This document shows positions 25,632 through 38,720 of a stretch of 64,000 nucleotides of DNA, piece by piece. Numbering within the stretch: position 1 is the first letter of the stretch; each line of letters opens with the position of its first letter. Location of the stretch: assembly GCF_001194135.2 (NCBI RefSeq), contig NC_068984.1, positions 11,800,266 to 11,864,265 of the forward strand, in the 5' to 3' direction. The notes beneath the pieces were generated by a model. The model did no database searches, was not told the DNA's origin, and worked only from the letters and a program-made list of their open reading frames with translations. Both the position numbers and the translations under genes were made by a program. The DNA comes from Octopus bimaculoides (Eukaryota).

Positions 25632-26574
25632 CATGGGATTTTCCTATTTAAAAAAATTTCATTCCATAGATTCTATATTCTCCCTTCATTAATTCCGCAA
25701 GTGGAAGATGAGCCAATGAAGGAGCCTCTTTGTGGCTACTCTATCTGCTAGAAATAGCAACCAAGTCTCTAATTGCACCTTACTGTCTTAGAGAAGAAAG
25801 GCCACCTTGAATTGTGTAGTTGTAGATGCACCATACCCAAGACAAAGATGGATGGCTATGGCTGGAATGTCTTTCCAGGTCTGTTCAGTCAGTGCTTGAC
25901 CTGTAACTAAACATCTCTTATTCAACAATCTGTAACTGGAAGTCTTCATTTTTGACCCTACATGCTGACAGCCACAGGGTGATGGTTGTTTTCCAGCAGA
26001 ACCTTCATTTTTTTAAGTCACAAGAGAATCCACCACCACCACCACATGCCAATGCTGCAATAATTTCATTAGATGTTATAAATTGTGCTACTTCTGTTGG
26101 CAGTGTTCTGTTAAAAGAAAGAACTGGTCTGTGATTCAGTTCATTTGCTATCATACTCCATTAGCTCATGTGAGGACGTAAGGAATATCTGTTCTCAAGC
26201 ATTGGCATATTGGCTGTGTAGTTAAGAAGTTTGGTTCCCAATCACACAGTCTGCTATAGCCCCAGGTCAACCAAAACCTTGTGAATGGATTTGGTGAATG
26301 AAAACTGAAAGAAACCCATATTGTGTGTATGTGTGTGTGTATATTATGTTGATGTCATGTGATAGTTGTAAACAGGCATCACCATCATACAAATGGTGTC
26401 CTTCATTTCCAATCTTCTATGTAAACATGTATGACCATGAATAAAATATTACTTTACTTGGAAACCAGTAAACGGTTGGCAACAAAAAGAGCATCTAGCT
26501 GCAGAAAATCTGCTTCAACAGCTTCTGTCTGACTCATTCCAAGCATGGAAAATGGGACATAAAAATAATGTGGC

Positions 26575-26723
26575 TATGTGGTAAGAAGCTTGCTTACCAA
26601 CCACATGGTTCCTGGTTCAGTCCCACTGTGTGGCACCTTGAGCAAGTGTCTTCTACTACAGCCTCAGGCCAACCAAAGCCTTGTGAGCGGATTTGGTAGA
26701 CAGAAACTGAAAGAACCACGTTG

Positions 26724-26754
<31 letters not shown>

Positions 26755-26955
26755 CTGGTTTGTCCTCCCACCATCGCTTGACAACCGATGTTGGTGTGTT
26801 TATGCCCCTGTAACTCAGCAGTTCAGCCAAAGAGACCGATAGAATAAGTACTAGGCTTACAAAGAATAAATCCTGGGGTCGATTTGTTTGACTAAAGGTG
26901 GTGCTCAAGCATGGCTGCAGTCAAATGACTGAAACAAGTAAAAGAATAAAAGAAT
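26575..26955 (+). mobile_element. tRNA/CORE-SINE family A, near full length
   Basis: Head, GCACCTTGAGCAAGTG (similar to the MIR/CORE GACCTTGGGCAAGT), (TA)n(TG)n linker, and tail ending AAACAAGTAAAAGAATAAAAGAA. Confidence 0.9.
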
Positions 26956-26969
26956 ATATATTTATATAT

Positions 26970-27258
26970 GATTAAAATCAAAATAAGCAACAAGGATATC
27001 CAGAGGTAATGCAGTACGATCGTTTCATGCAACTCCATTTAATTGAACAATTAACTTAACTTCTTGGAGATTTTAGGTATAATTATACTAATGTGTCCAT
27101 CAGTTATAATCTAATTAAATTCTATGTCTTTGTGCAGTTGAGGATTGCTCTACATTTTAAATTGATGTAACGATTGCATTATTCAATTAAATGGAGTTGC
27201 ATGAAACGATCGTACTGCATTACCTCTGGACATCCTGTTGCTTATTTTGATTTTGATC
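26970..27258. mobile_element. Foldback element (~78-bp arms) containing a hammerhead; Penelope-like
   Basis: 26970-27047 is the reverse complement of 27182-27258. The + strand carries a hammerhead at 27133-27219. (TA) repeats precede it. Confidence 0.8.
27133..27219 (+). ncRNA. Type I hammerhead ribozyme motif with C3U variant
   Basis: UGCAG-UUGAGGA-[58-nt imperfect stem II]-GAAAC-GAUC-GUA-CUGCA. Stem I is 5 bp, loop III is palindromic, and the triplet is GUA. Confidence 0.65.
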
Positions 27259-28132
27259 ACCTTATTTTGAAATTGTATGGATAATACCATACTTAATTCT
27301 GGTACCTCAACTTAAGTACCATATTCATCTGAATCTAAATTTTTGCTATATATATATATATATATATATGCGTGCATGTGTGTTTCTGTAAGTCATCACA
27401 TTGTAACTATGTGAGTTAAAATGGCAACTGTATTCTGTATTGAGTACTTTTTCCTCCTGTTTGTTTGCCCAGTAATTAGTAATTAGGTCACATTTGTGAA
27501 TATCTTATGTATACAAAACAGAAAAAAGAAAATCATGCTAAATATATTTCTCAGAAGAAGGGCTATGGTAATAGCATGCAGAATGTCAGAATATAGTACC
27601 TTAATATGGATCAAGTATACATCTAAAAGAACTTGCTGTAAATTTGGGGAAATATATATATTAATAGTAGCAGCATGGTTAATTTGTTATCAGTCATCAA
27701 ATAGATAAGATAGATTACTCTGTTTAACTTACATTGCTATTTATTTTGGCATATCACAAAGATAATCTTTTGGTGGTCTTGAATGTGTATTACTTAAGTT
27801 GTTCATAATATTTCACCCTTTTGGTTACCATATTTCTGTTGATATATATATTGTCTTTGTTTCGATTAATTTTGAAAGTAATAAAGAAGTTAGTAGAATA
27901 ACTTTGTCGTTATTAACTCTTTAGTATTCACATTATTCTGTCAAAAGCAATGCTTATTTCTTCAAATTGTTTTGAATTAATCACGCATTATCTACAAGCT
28001 GCAACTTTGCAACTTTGATGAGGTTAACTGTTAATTTTTAGGATGATATAAGGTTCATGTGAAAGGTCACTTCTGGTCAGTTTAAACATAAAGCAGGTAG
28101 ATTATGTTGGCCAGATATAGACAGATATAGGT

Positions 28133-28520
28133 GCAGGAGTGGCTGTGTTGTTAGTAGCTTGCTTACCAACCACATGGTTCTGGGTTCAATCCCACTACAT
28201 GGCACCTTGGGCAAGTGTCTTCTACTATAGCCTTGGGCCAACCAAAACTTTGTGAGTGGATTTGGTAGACAGAAACTGAAAGAAGCCCGTTGTATATATG
28301 TATATATATGTATGTGTGTTTGTCCCCCCCCCCCCAACCATCGCTTGACAACCGATGCTGGTGTGTTTATGTCCCCGTAACTTAGCAGTTCGCAAAAAGA
28401 GCCCGATAGAATAAGTACTAGGCTTACAAAGAATAAGTCCTGGAGTCGATTTGCTCGGCTAAAGGCGGTGCTCCAGCATGGCCGCAGTCAAATGACTGAA
28501 ACAAGTAAAAGAGTAAAATG
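28133..28520 (+). mobile_element. tRNA/CORE-SINE family A, near full length
   Basis: Same head, body and tail as 26575-26955. Confidence 0.9.
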
Positions 28521-30216
28521 TTGAAATGCTTAAAGGTTAAAGTAATGTTTGGGACATAAATTAACAGAAAATTTTTGATGGAAGACATTAATGTAGATCA
28601 CTTCAAAACAGGAAATTGGTAGCAGAGAATCAGGGGTGGTCTCAGGCAGGTATCAAGAGAGTTAAAAGATCTCCATGCAAAAATGGTTTGCAACTTCATT
28701 ATGTATAATATTTCATTGAGAAAATGAATACTGCTGCTGCCTCTTACTGTTATATTACTTACCTTCATATTGAAGTATGTGTGTGTGCAAACAGCTATTG
28801 GGTTACTACTTTGTAGGGAACATGTTCAGGTGCAGACATGGCTGTGTGGTTGAGATGCTCACTTACCAAATACATGATTTCGGGTTCAGTCCCACTGTGT
28901 AGCACCTTGGACAAGTGACTTCTAATATAGCCCCAAGCCAACCAAAGACTTGTGGGTCAATTTGGTGGACAGAACCTGAAAGAAACATATCGTACATGTT
29001 TGTGTGTTTGAGTGTCCCCCTACCTTGATAGTTGTAAATGAGTATCACCATCATACAAGCAGTGTCGTTCATTTCCAGTCTTCCTTGAAAATATGTCTGG
29101 CCATGGAAAAGTATTGCTTTGCTTAAAAACAGGGTGAATTTTTCCAGCCATAGAAAACCTATCTCAATAAATTCCATCAGACCCATGCAAGCACAGAAAG
29201 TGGCTGTTCAAACAGACAATAAAGCTTGGCATAGCCTTTCAGTTTGCCAACTCTTGTCAAACTACCCAACCTATGCCAGCAAGGAAGACAGATGTTAAAT
29301 GATGACATTCCATCCTTGCCTTATCCTTTGAAACCAAATGAATTATTCCACTCATCACCTAATCAAAAATAGATACCACTTCTATTTCTAATAGATTCCA
29401 TTCCTATTTCTTAGTTGACTTGGTCTGTTTAGAAAAATAAGCTTTCCTTTAATATAATACAGTTCTGTCCTGATAATCCATTATAATATAGTTCTGTGCT
29501 CTGATAACTCTTTCACATGTTTAGAGATTAATCTCAAAAGCTTATATTTGCTTAAAGGGGCAGCATTTAGGTTGTTGTTATATTAGTGTTTGTGCTGTTG
29601 TGTGCGGTTTGTGTTATTTTATTGGTTTGTGTTAATCTTGTCAGAAACATCCAGGATTATTGAGTTTTGAAATCTACATCAAACAATCTGCTAACTAATT
29701 TTGAGCAATAAGTTAGGTAACCAATGAACTTGTGACCGCCCTTGTTTTAAAGTGATCTAAATTAACTCCCATCAAATTTTCATGTTGTGATCCAAATAAT
29801 GCAGCAAGCTGGAAGAACCATTAACATGCTGGGCAAAACGCTTAGCAGCATTTTCTCTGTCTTTCCATTCTGGGTTCAAATCTTGCCATGGTCAACTTTA
29901 CCTTTCACCCTCTCAGGGTCGATGTAATCGACTTACCCACTTCCCTGAAATTGCTGGCCTTGTGCCAAAATTTGAAACCAATTTATGTTCCAAACATCAG
30001 TTTAATAATGACAATCATTTCACTAAATTCTTCATTATTTTCAAAATTCAGGAAGTGTATTTCTACAGAAACATGGTGATGTGTTAAAACTGTCTGGAAC
30101 CCTACTTATTTCATGCAAATGTTTTGTGTGTGTGTACCTTAACTGCTATTTCCAAAATTGATTTGAATCATTATTTTTATCAAACCAATTTTATTTGAAT
30201 TGTTAATCTACCATTT

Positions 30217-30415
30217 GACTGGCCCTCGTGCCGGTGGCACGTAAAAGCACCCACTACACTCTCGGAGTGATTGGTGTTAGGAAGGGCATCCAGCTGTAGA
30301 AACTCTGCCAGATCAGATTGAAGCCTGGTGCAGTCTTCTGGCTTGCCAGTCCTCAGTTAAATTGTCCAACCCATGCTAGCATGGAAAGCGGACGTTAAAC
30401 GATGATGATGATGAT
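30217..30415 (+). mobile_element. RTE-LINE 3' UTR copy (family D)
   Basis: GTGCCGGTGGCACGTAAAAGCACCCACTACACTCTCGGAGTG...(GAT)n. Confidence 0.85.
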
Positions 30416-30624
30416 CTCTATATCCAAGTTTTTCCGTGTTGGCATGTTTTGAGCAAGTCTTGCCACCCATCGCTGTCCATCATCATCTGGTTTGCTCAGT
30501 CGTGCAAGGGAAACTTCCAATCCTTGTTGCATTATATTGTTTTTCCTATTTGTCTCAATTCTTTGACACAAACCTTACATAAGTGAAAATCTTTTCACAA
30601 AATAGATGCTTACTCTTTTACCTG

Positions 30625-31325
30625 TTTCAATCATTTGACTGTGGCCATGCTGGAGCACTGCCTTTAGTCAAGCAAATCGACCCCAGGACTTATTCTTTGT
30701 AAGCCTAGTACTTATTCTATTGCTCTCTTTTGCCGAACCGCTAAGTTACGAGGATATAAACACACCAGTATTGGTTGTCAAGCGATGTTGTGGGGACAAA
30801 CACAGACACACAAACATATACACACACATACATATCATCATCATCATCATCATTATCATCGTTTAACGTCTGCTTTCCATGCTAGCNNNNNNNNNNNNNN
30901 NNNNNNNNNNNNNNNNNNNNNNNNNNNNNNNNNNNNNNNNNNNNNNNNNNNNNNNNNNNNNNNNNNNNNNNNNNNNNNNNNNNNNNNNNNNNNNNNNNNN
31001 NNNNNNNNNNNNNNNNNNNNNNNNNNNNNNNNNNNNNNNNNNNNNNNNNNNNNNNNNNNNNNNNNNNNNNNNNNNNNNNNNNNNNNNNNNNNNNNNNNNN
31101 ATATATGTATATATATATATATGTATGTATATATGTGTGTGTGTGTGTATATACACACACATATATACGACTGGCTTCTTTCAGTTTCCGTCTACCAAAT
31201 CCACTCACAAGGCTTTGGTCGGCTCGAGGCTATAGTAGAAGACACTTGCCCAAGGTGCCACGCAGTGGGTCTGAACCCGGAACCATGTGGTTCGTTAGCA
31301 AGCTATTTACCACACAGCCACTCCT
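30625..31325 (-). mobile_element. Family-A SINE with a nested RTE-tail insertion and a gap
   Basis: SINE tail at 30625-30830 and head at 31140-31325. An RTE (CAT)n tail at 30833-30886 sits within the SINE's microsatellite linker. Confidence 0.8.
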
Positions 31326-32349
31326 ACGCGTCTGAAAGTTCTTCGGACGACATTCATGTTCAGACCTCTACCATTGAAGTAACGTTAATAAGAAAATAAC
31401 TTTTTGACTTTGCTTTAAGTTGCGTAAATCTCTCCTTACCTTCACTAATACCTCAGTGGAACTGTACACTTGAATTACAACATTATTGGGTTTGTTGAGA
31501 AGATATTACCTTTAGAACATTCCTTGTCTTTGACTCATCAACACACATTTGTTAAGAGTGGTTAGTGACTGAAATCCGATCTGTTACTAAATGTAGTATT
31601 ACTGAATCACAACAAAGCTAACATAAAAATCTCATCAACTAGCATTGATCTGGACTAAAAAGCAATATAAATCTCTCCACCAAATTTTCAAATTCTGGAT
31701 GTGATTGTATGCATTTAATACATAATTATAAACATACCTTTCTAATCTCTGAAGTAAAAATAGGCAGAATAGTCTTGATATCAATATCCTATTTGGATAT
31801 TGGTATCAAGAAACCCCTGTTTTTCTCAGAATATCTTTTCTTTCCTTTTAGAATTAAATAAAATCTTTACAAATGCTGCCATAGCAGGGGTGGGGTTTTT
31901 TTTTTTTTTGTTCTTTTGTTTGTCTTTAATTGGTCCAAGCCCAAGGAATATCAGGTTACGAAGGTTGGATGTACTTTGGAAGTAGATGATATCTGTCTCA
32001 GCTGTTTGTTCAATTCCTGTTTGTTTTGTTTTTTTTTTCTTTTTTTTCTTATCTTGTCTATTAATATAGTTCACATGTAGATACAACATAATCAATGAGT
32101 GGATATTGATTCTCGGCATGACATCAACTGCCGTTAAGTAAAAATTAGTTTTTGATTAGCAAACTCACTTGCTATGCTGTGTTGGGGAAACGTTTTTAGA
32201 ATTAATTTGCTTCTTGCAGGAAGTTACATGAAAATAACTGATAACTAATCAACAAACTTTATTAACCCCCTCATATCTGGAACATTAACTTCAATCTTTT
32301 GTCATTTCGAAAGCATGCTAACTTAAATCATAAAATATATAATCATGCA

Positions 32350-32740
32350 TAGGTGCAGGAATGGCTGTGTGGTAAGTAGCTTGCTTACCAACCACATGTT
32401 TCCAGGTTCAGTCCCACTGCGTGGCACCTCGGGCAAGTATCTTCTACTATAGCCTCAGGCTGACCAAAGCCTTGTGAATGGTTTTGGTAGACGGAAACTG
32501 AAAGAAGCCCGTTGTATGTATGTATGTGTGTGTATATATTTGTGTATCTTTGTTTGTCCCCCACCAACATCGCTTGACAACCAATGGTGGTGTGTTTATG
32601 TCCCCGTAACTTAGCGGTTCGGCATAAGAGACTGATAGAATAAGTACTAGGCTTACAAAGAATCAGTCCTGGGGTCGATTTGCTCGACTAAAGGCTGTGC
32701 CCCAGCATGGCCGCAGTCAAATGAAACAAGCAAAAGAGTA
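32350..32740 (+). mobile_element. tRNA/CORE-SINE family A
   Basis: Full head-to-tail match to the other family-A copies. Confidence 0.9.
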
Positions 32741-35254
32741 TGCAATTAACCCCAACTCCCTAAAATTACTGGCCTTGTGCCAAAATTTGAAATTATTATT
32801 ATTGCATTAATGCAATTTATTGTGATATTATTATCAGGTCTGTAAAGGTGGCACAGATGGTAACAAACTGGCAGTAACTAATTTCATTAACGACTGGGTT
32901 CAGTTCCTGCCAATCAGCTTTGATATTGCATTTTATCCCATCATTGACCTGCAGGAAATATTTATTATATTCAGTTCAATAGACGACAACTGTTCTATGT
33001 ATGGGTGTGTGAAGGTCCAAATTATAATATGCAATAGAAATTTATACAGGTCAAAGGGTCAACTACTGACTGGGTTACACTAAAACCCAAATAGTGTAGG
33101 GAGCAGAGACAACAACAGGCTTTTTTGCTTAGTATTCTTTTACTTGTTTCAGACATTTGACTGTGGCCATGCCGGAGCACCACCTTTATAAGAATATTTT
33201 TTTTAATTACCATACCACTGATTAATTTGCTAACACATGTTTACAGTCTGCTTTCATAGCATGGGCCAATGAAGTAATGTTTCTTGACTTGCTAGAAATA
33301 GCTTCTAACTTCTCTCAAATCATTCCTTACTGCCTTAAAAGAACGCTATAGACACTATTCTTGATATACAAAAAAGACAGGATAGTCATGGCTGGAATAA
33401 TATCTTTGATTATTGATCTGTTCACTCTGTGCTGACCTTGTTAACAATCCTTTATAAAAGTGCATCCAGGATGGTTGTTGATTGATACTGCTGGGAATAA
33501 TATCTGGAAATAAGTAAGGGTTGGCACCAGCAAGAGCTCCTGGCTGTAGAAAATCTGCTTCAACCAAAGTTTCATCTGATCCATGTAAGCATGGAAAAGT
33601 GGCCATTTTGTTAGTGAAATAGCAGAGATTATTGTTATTGTAATAAAGAAGTAATTGTGATGTCTCCACAGAAAGACAGCAGGCTCTTACCGAAGCTTTG
33701 ATCAAAACTTTGAGACGCTATCTGAACATGATCGATGCCAGGCCCGCCTGACTGACTCCTATGCCAGTGACACATAAAAAGCACCCACTACACTCTCAGA
33801 GTGGTTGGCATTAGGAAGGGTATCCAACTGTAGAAACCTTGTCAGATCAGATTGGAGCATGGTGCAGCCGCTGGCTCTCCAGACCTCAGTCAAAACATCC
33901 AACCCATGGAAAATGGACGTTAAACGATGACGATGATGATGTTGGCTGTGGTGGTGCGCTGACAACTTTGATTTCTTGAAAACAGAGTTACTGGAATTAT
34001 TTATTTAATTGCGAATTCCATTAGTTTATTACAAAGCTCTGTAATTAGTTTATGACATTTTTGTTTGCTTTCTACAACTAGAAACCTTATTTTGGTTCAT
34101 TATTGAGGCCAATTTCCTGACATTTCAAATTGACCAGAAAAGAGTAACTAGCAGATTCTTTGAATTGTTCTTCTGCATTAACCAAAGGTAACTTACTTCA
34201 TGGTAGATGTTATGTTTCATGACCAAATAGTAGTCGGTAGCTATTTAATCCAAAAACTACATCAAATCTTCAATATATTATGTGTGCAGTAACAACATTA
34301 GTTCTGCTATATTTCATAGTATCTAATTCCTGGTCTAAAATCAGCTTACCATTTTGTACATTTAAAATTACAGTATTCTACTAACAATTTGCCACGGATG
34401 CTAGAGGGCAACAGGGAATTCTTGAAAATCATCTCTATAACGAGGTTTCAATTCTTCTTTGGATTCATCATCGTCATTTAACATCTGTTCTCCATGCTTA
34501 CATGGACTGAAATCAATGTTAATATCACTGTCTTGGCTTGAAACTACCTAGTTTAATGCCTATGTAATAACTGCAGAAGCAACTAAAGTCACTATTAAAT
34601 ACAGACACAATGGTTTTATAATAAATATTTCTAGAATCAGTTGTGGAAGTTTGTGGTGGCATCAGCAGCAATGACTGATGATGATGATGATGACGACGAC
34701 GACAAATGACATGAGCTCACATAAAGGGGAGACAGGATCACTTAGTGACTTCTTGACATCTCCTGCAAGTCATCTCGTATATACTTGACACATTGTCGAG
34801 TAGTCATCCACTTGTAATGTCAAGTGTTGTTAACCGTATGGTTAATAAACTGAACGGTTTATGCCAAAAAATTTTAATGAATTAAAATTTCTCTCTTTGT
34901 GACTCACATAGAAAAGGGGAGATAATTAAAAGAAATTAATTTTAGAAATTTAATTCTCATCACACTTTATGAGGGGATGGTTATCTCCCTTGTAATTAAT
35001 GGCCATTGCCTGAAGAATCTACATGTATTTAGTTCTCGAGTTTAAGGGAAAATCTGAATTTTCCTTTTTATTATAAGTGACTGTGACAGCAACAGAGAGG
35101 TTTCAGTCTTATTAGGCCTCATTAACATACCTTTCACAGTGTTCAGTAACTTTCACAGAGACTTGAGGTTGGCAGTAATTTATACAATATTGAATAAAAT
35201 TGAGCTAACGAGAATAAATTAAACAAGCCAATAGCATTGAATATGAATATATAG

Positions 35255-35640
35255 ATGCAGGAGTGGCCGTGTGGTAAGAAACTTGCTCCCTAACCACATG
35301 GTTCCGGGTTCAGTCCCACTGCGTAGCTCCTTGGACAACTGTCTTCTACTATAGCCTCGGGCCGACCAATCCTTATGAGTGGATTTGGTAGATGGAAGCT
35401 TAAAGAATCCCGTCGCGCGTGTGTGTATATATATATATATATTTGTGTCTGTGTTCCCCCCACCATCGCTTGACAACCGATGTTGGTGTATTTACGTCCC
35501 CGTAACTTAATGGTTCGACAAAAGAGATCAATAGAATAAGTGCTAGGCTTACAAAGAATAAGTCAACTAATAAGTTCAACTAAAGGCAGTGCTCCAGCAT
35601 GACCACAGTCAAATGACTGAAACAAGTAAAAGAACAAAAG
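35255..35640 (+). mobile_element. tRNA/CORE-SINE family A
   Basis: Full head-to-tail match to the other family-A copies. Confidence 0.9.
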
Positions 35641-36363
35641 AATACTATATGTGGTAAGAAGATTGCTTCCCAACCAAGTGGCACCAGGTTCAGTCCCACT
35701 GTGTGTCACCTTGGGGGCAAGTGTCTTCTACTGCAACCCCAGGCCTACTAAAGCCTTGTGGATGGATTTGGTAGGGAGAAACTGGAAGGAGCTCATTGTA
35801 TATGTATGTCCGTCCATTCCTAATTCCCTCCCTCCCTCCCTCCCGGTACTACTGTCTCCTTGCCTTGACTTTGCATGATAGTGTCACAATCATATAAACA
35901 CTGTCTTTTTGTTTCCAATCCTTTGTTGTGCCTAGTCTACCTTCCTTCGAAACAGGTGAGGGCAGGTAATAGGAAGGGCATTTAAAGATCCTATATATCT
36001 TTATAATTAAATATTGTTAGGAATTGCTCAAAAAAATTAAAATATTTTGTGTAGTGTGGAAGTATAGCCAATTATTTGCACATAAATTTTAACAAAATCT
36101 TATAAGGACCTGCAAGGGCCATATGAACCCCGGTTGTGAACCACTGATCTAAACACTGAATTGGAATTATCTGATAAAGTGTACTATTCAAGGCACACAC
36201 ACACACATATACATATATAAATTTAATTAGAGTATGTGTTAACCTCGTGAAGGGATGGTTGTTTCTTATTAATTGAAACATCTGTAAGAAGCAAAGATGA
36301 CCAATTTGTTCAAAATAAATAATTGTTAACTTCCTTATCTCCATTTTCTTCTCTTCTTTTAGC

Positions 36364-36396
<33 letters not shown>

Positions 36397-37339
36397 AAAG
36401 TAAGATTCCTTCTGAACAGGCTCTTTTCACTGTTATACCCATGATTAACTGCTGTCTACTCACACTGGTTATATAGTATCTCTTAAAACATCATAATCCA
36501 TTGTCATCTCATCTGTAAAGTCTAATGTTCTCAGATTTATCCTGAATACTCCTTGCTAAGTCTTCTATGATAGGGTACGTCCATCAACTACATTCCAAAC
36601 CTTGTGCTGTCTTGGTAAGATAATGTTCTTTATAAAAAGAATTTTAATAACATTATGCACTTAACTGTATTTTAACACCCACCTACATCTACACACAGTC
36701 AATGGTAGTGCTTCGACATGACCGGAGCCAACTGGTTGCAATCAAATTAAATTACACATACACACACTGTTTATGTGTGGAATGCCATTTGTATGTTAGT
36801 TAATGAAAGCTGTTCTTACTATTTTGTTACAACCATTCAAGTTTTTTCGTGATCTAAATATTTCGTTCTGATAGCTATTCAATTAAACATCTCTGTGTGT
36901 GGCTTGATAAAAAAGCTGGGTCAGATACTCACATGGCACCTAATGAGCATTTAATCAAAGATTTACTAAGTACTAAGGTTTACTAATTCTTTTGTTTTGT
37001 TTTGTTTTTACTAGTGTTTGACCTTTTCATTGTTTCAGTATGTGTGTGTTTTCCACAAATGATGTTACATCTGTTGTCCCAGCTAGTGAGATGGGCTTTA
37101 ATACTTTAAGAATTTGCAGATTATTTAAATGAGTTGCTTTATAACTTCTATTCCACTCATCAATGAAGTTGAAGTAACATCTATTTTCACCTGGGGTTGA
37201 CCAAGACAAGTTTACTTTCTTAAAATTGATACATAATCAGTATAAGATTTTGAAGGTGAAGTCACTGAGTCAGTAATCTAAACACCTTTGCAAGGCAGCA
37301 AATCAACAGAATCATAAAAGTATATTGCAACATCGCCTT

Positions 37340-37655
37340 CCTGGCACTTGAAAAGACATTCAAATCGAGATCATTGCCAGTGCCGCTGGACTGGCTCCTG
37401 TGCAGGTGGCACGTAAAATACACCATTTTGAGCGTGGCCTTTGCCAGTACCGCCTGACTGGCCTTCGTGCCAGTGGCACGTAAAAGCACCCACTACACTC
37501 TCGGAGTGGTTGGCGTTAGGAAGGGCATCCTGCTGTAGAAACTCTGCCAAATCAGATTGGAGCCTGGTGTAACCACCTGGTTCACCAGTCCTCAGTCAAA
37601 TCGTCCAACCCATGCTGACATGGAAAGCGGACGTTAAACGATGATGATGATGATA
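37340..37655 (+). mobile_element. RTE-LINE 3' UTR copy with tandem GTGCC-N3-GGCAC modules; longer copies at 39555-39823(+), 45788-46122(-), 49510-49752(+), 50410-50710(+)
   Basis: Repeated modules ending GTG(C/G)(A/C)GGTGGCAC(G/A)TAAAA, then the family-D tail and (GAT)n. Confidence 0.85.
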
Positions 37656-38437
37656 TGCTATATCCACCTAAACCAACACACTATTCCACCAATCCTATTT
37701 GAGATACCCTACTGCCACACATCAGACTCTATATTAAAACCTTACCCAATCTTTTCTCAGAAGTCTAGGTGGTTGTACCTAAGACCTCTATTGGTCAGGT
37801 TTCACCTGGAAAGTTCCTTCCCAGGTAAGATTTTTTTATTATTTTTTATGGCAGACCAATTACTTTATTGTTATTATTGGTCTATCATAACTGTCATCGT
37901 TATTATCCAAGGAAAAAAATGCTAGTGCTGGTCCAGATTGGCACCAATATCATTGCTGATAAAGGGTTAAACAATTACAGCAAGGTATTTCTGTCCCACA
38001 TTCTGACAGTTCCACAAAGTTCTTATCTGAAGTTACTGTTCCCCTTGATGGTGTAAACTGTTTGAAAGCCCCAGTTTGATAGCTTTCTCAGAAATCCTAT
38101 CTTCTGTGAATTTCTTTTTATCCAGTTAATCAGATTTTCCCTTGTCACCCTCACCATTGAAAATGCAGTGAGCATGTAGTTGGCCTGTTCAAAACCTGTA
38201 ATCAATCAATAACTGTTATTCACAAAATGTTATACATATATATTCTAGTACTTTATTTTGTGTGTGTGTGGTGAGAATTTACAAAAAGACGAAGGCAGGT
38301 GTGTAAACAACAGACAGCTGTATTAGTTTAATGCTCAGGAAAGTAGGAAAGTCTTTTACGTTTCAAGCCTATGCTCTTTGACCGAAAGGAACACAGAAAT
38401 AAACAGGGAGAGAAAATAGAAAATATATATATATATA

Positions 38438-38720
38438 GGAGTGGCTGTGTGGTAAGAAGCTTGCTTCCCAACCACATGGTTCTGGGTTCAGTATATATAT
38501 ATACACACGTATGTATTTGTGGGTGTGTTTCCCCCCCCCCCTCACACACACCATTGCTTGACAACTGATGTTGGTGTGCTTACATCCCTTTAAATTAGCA
38601 GTTCCACAAAAGAGACCAGTAGAATAAGTACTACAAAGAATAAGTCCTGGGGTCGACTTGTTTGACTAAAGGCAGTGCTCCAGCATGGCCACAGTCAAAT
38701 GACTGAAACAGTTAAAAGAA
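38438..38720 (+). mobile_element. Family-A SINE with internal deletion
   Basis: The head is joined directly to the microsatellite linker; the tail is intact. Confidence 0.8.

Noticed and set aside
26575-26650. tRNA-like heads (A and B boxes) at many positions
   Set aside because: They lack a complete cloverleaf and continue directly into SINE bodies, so they are not tRNA genes.
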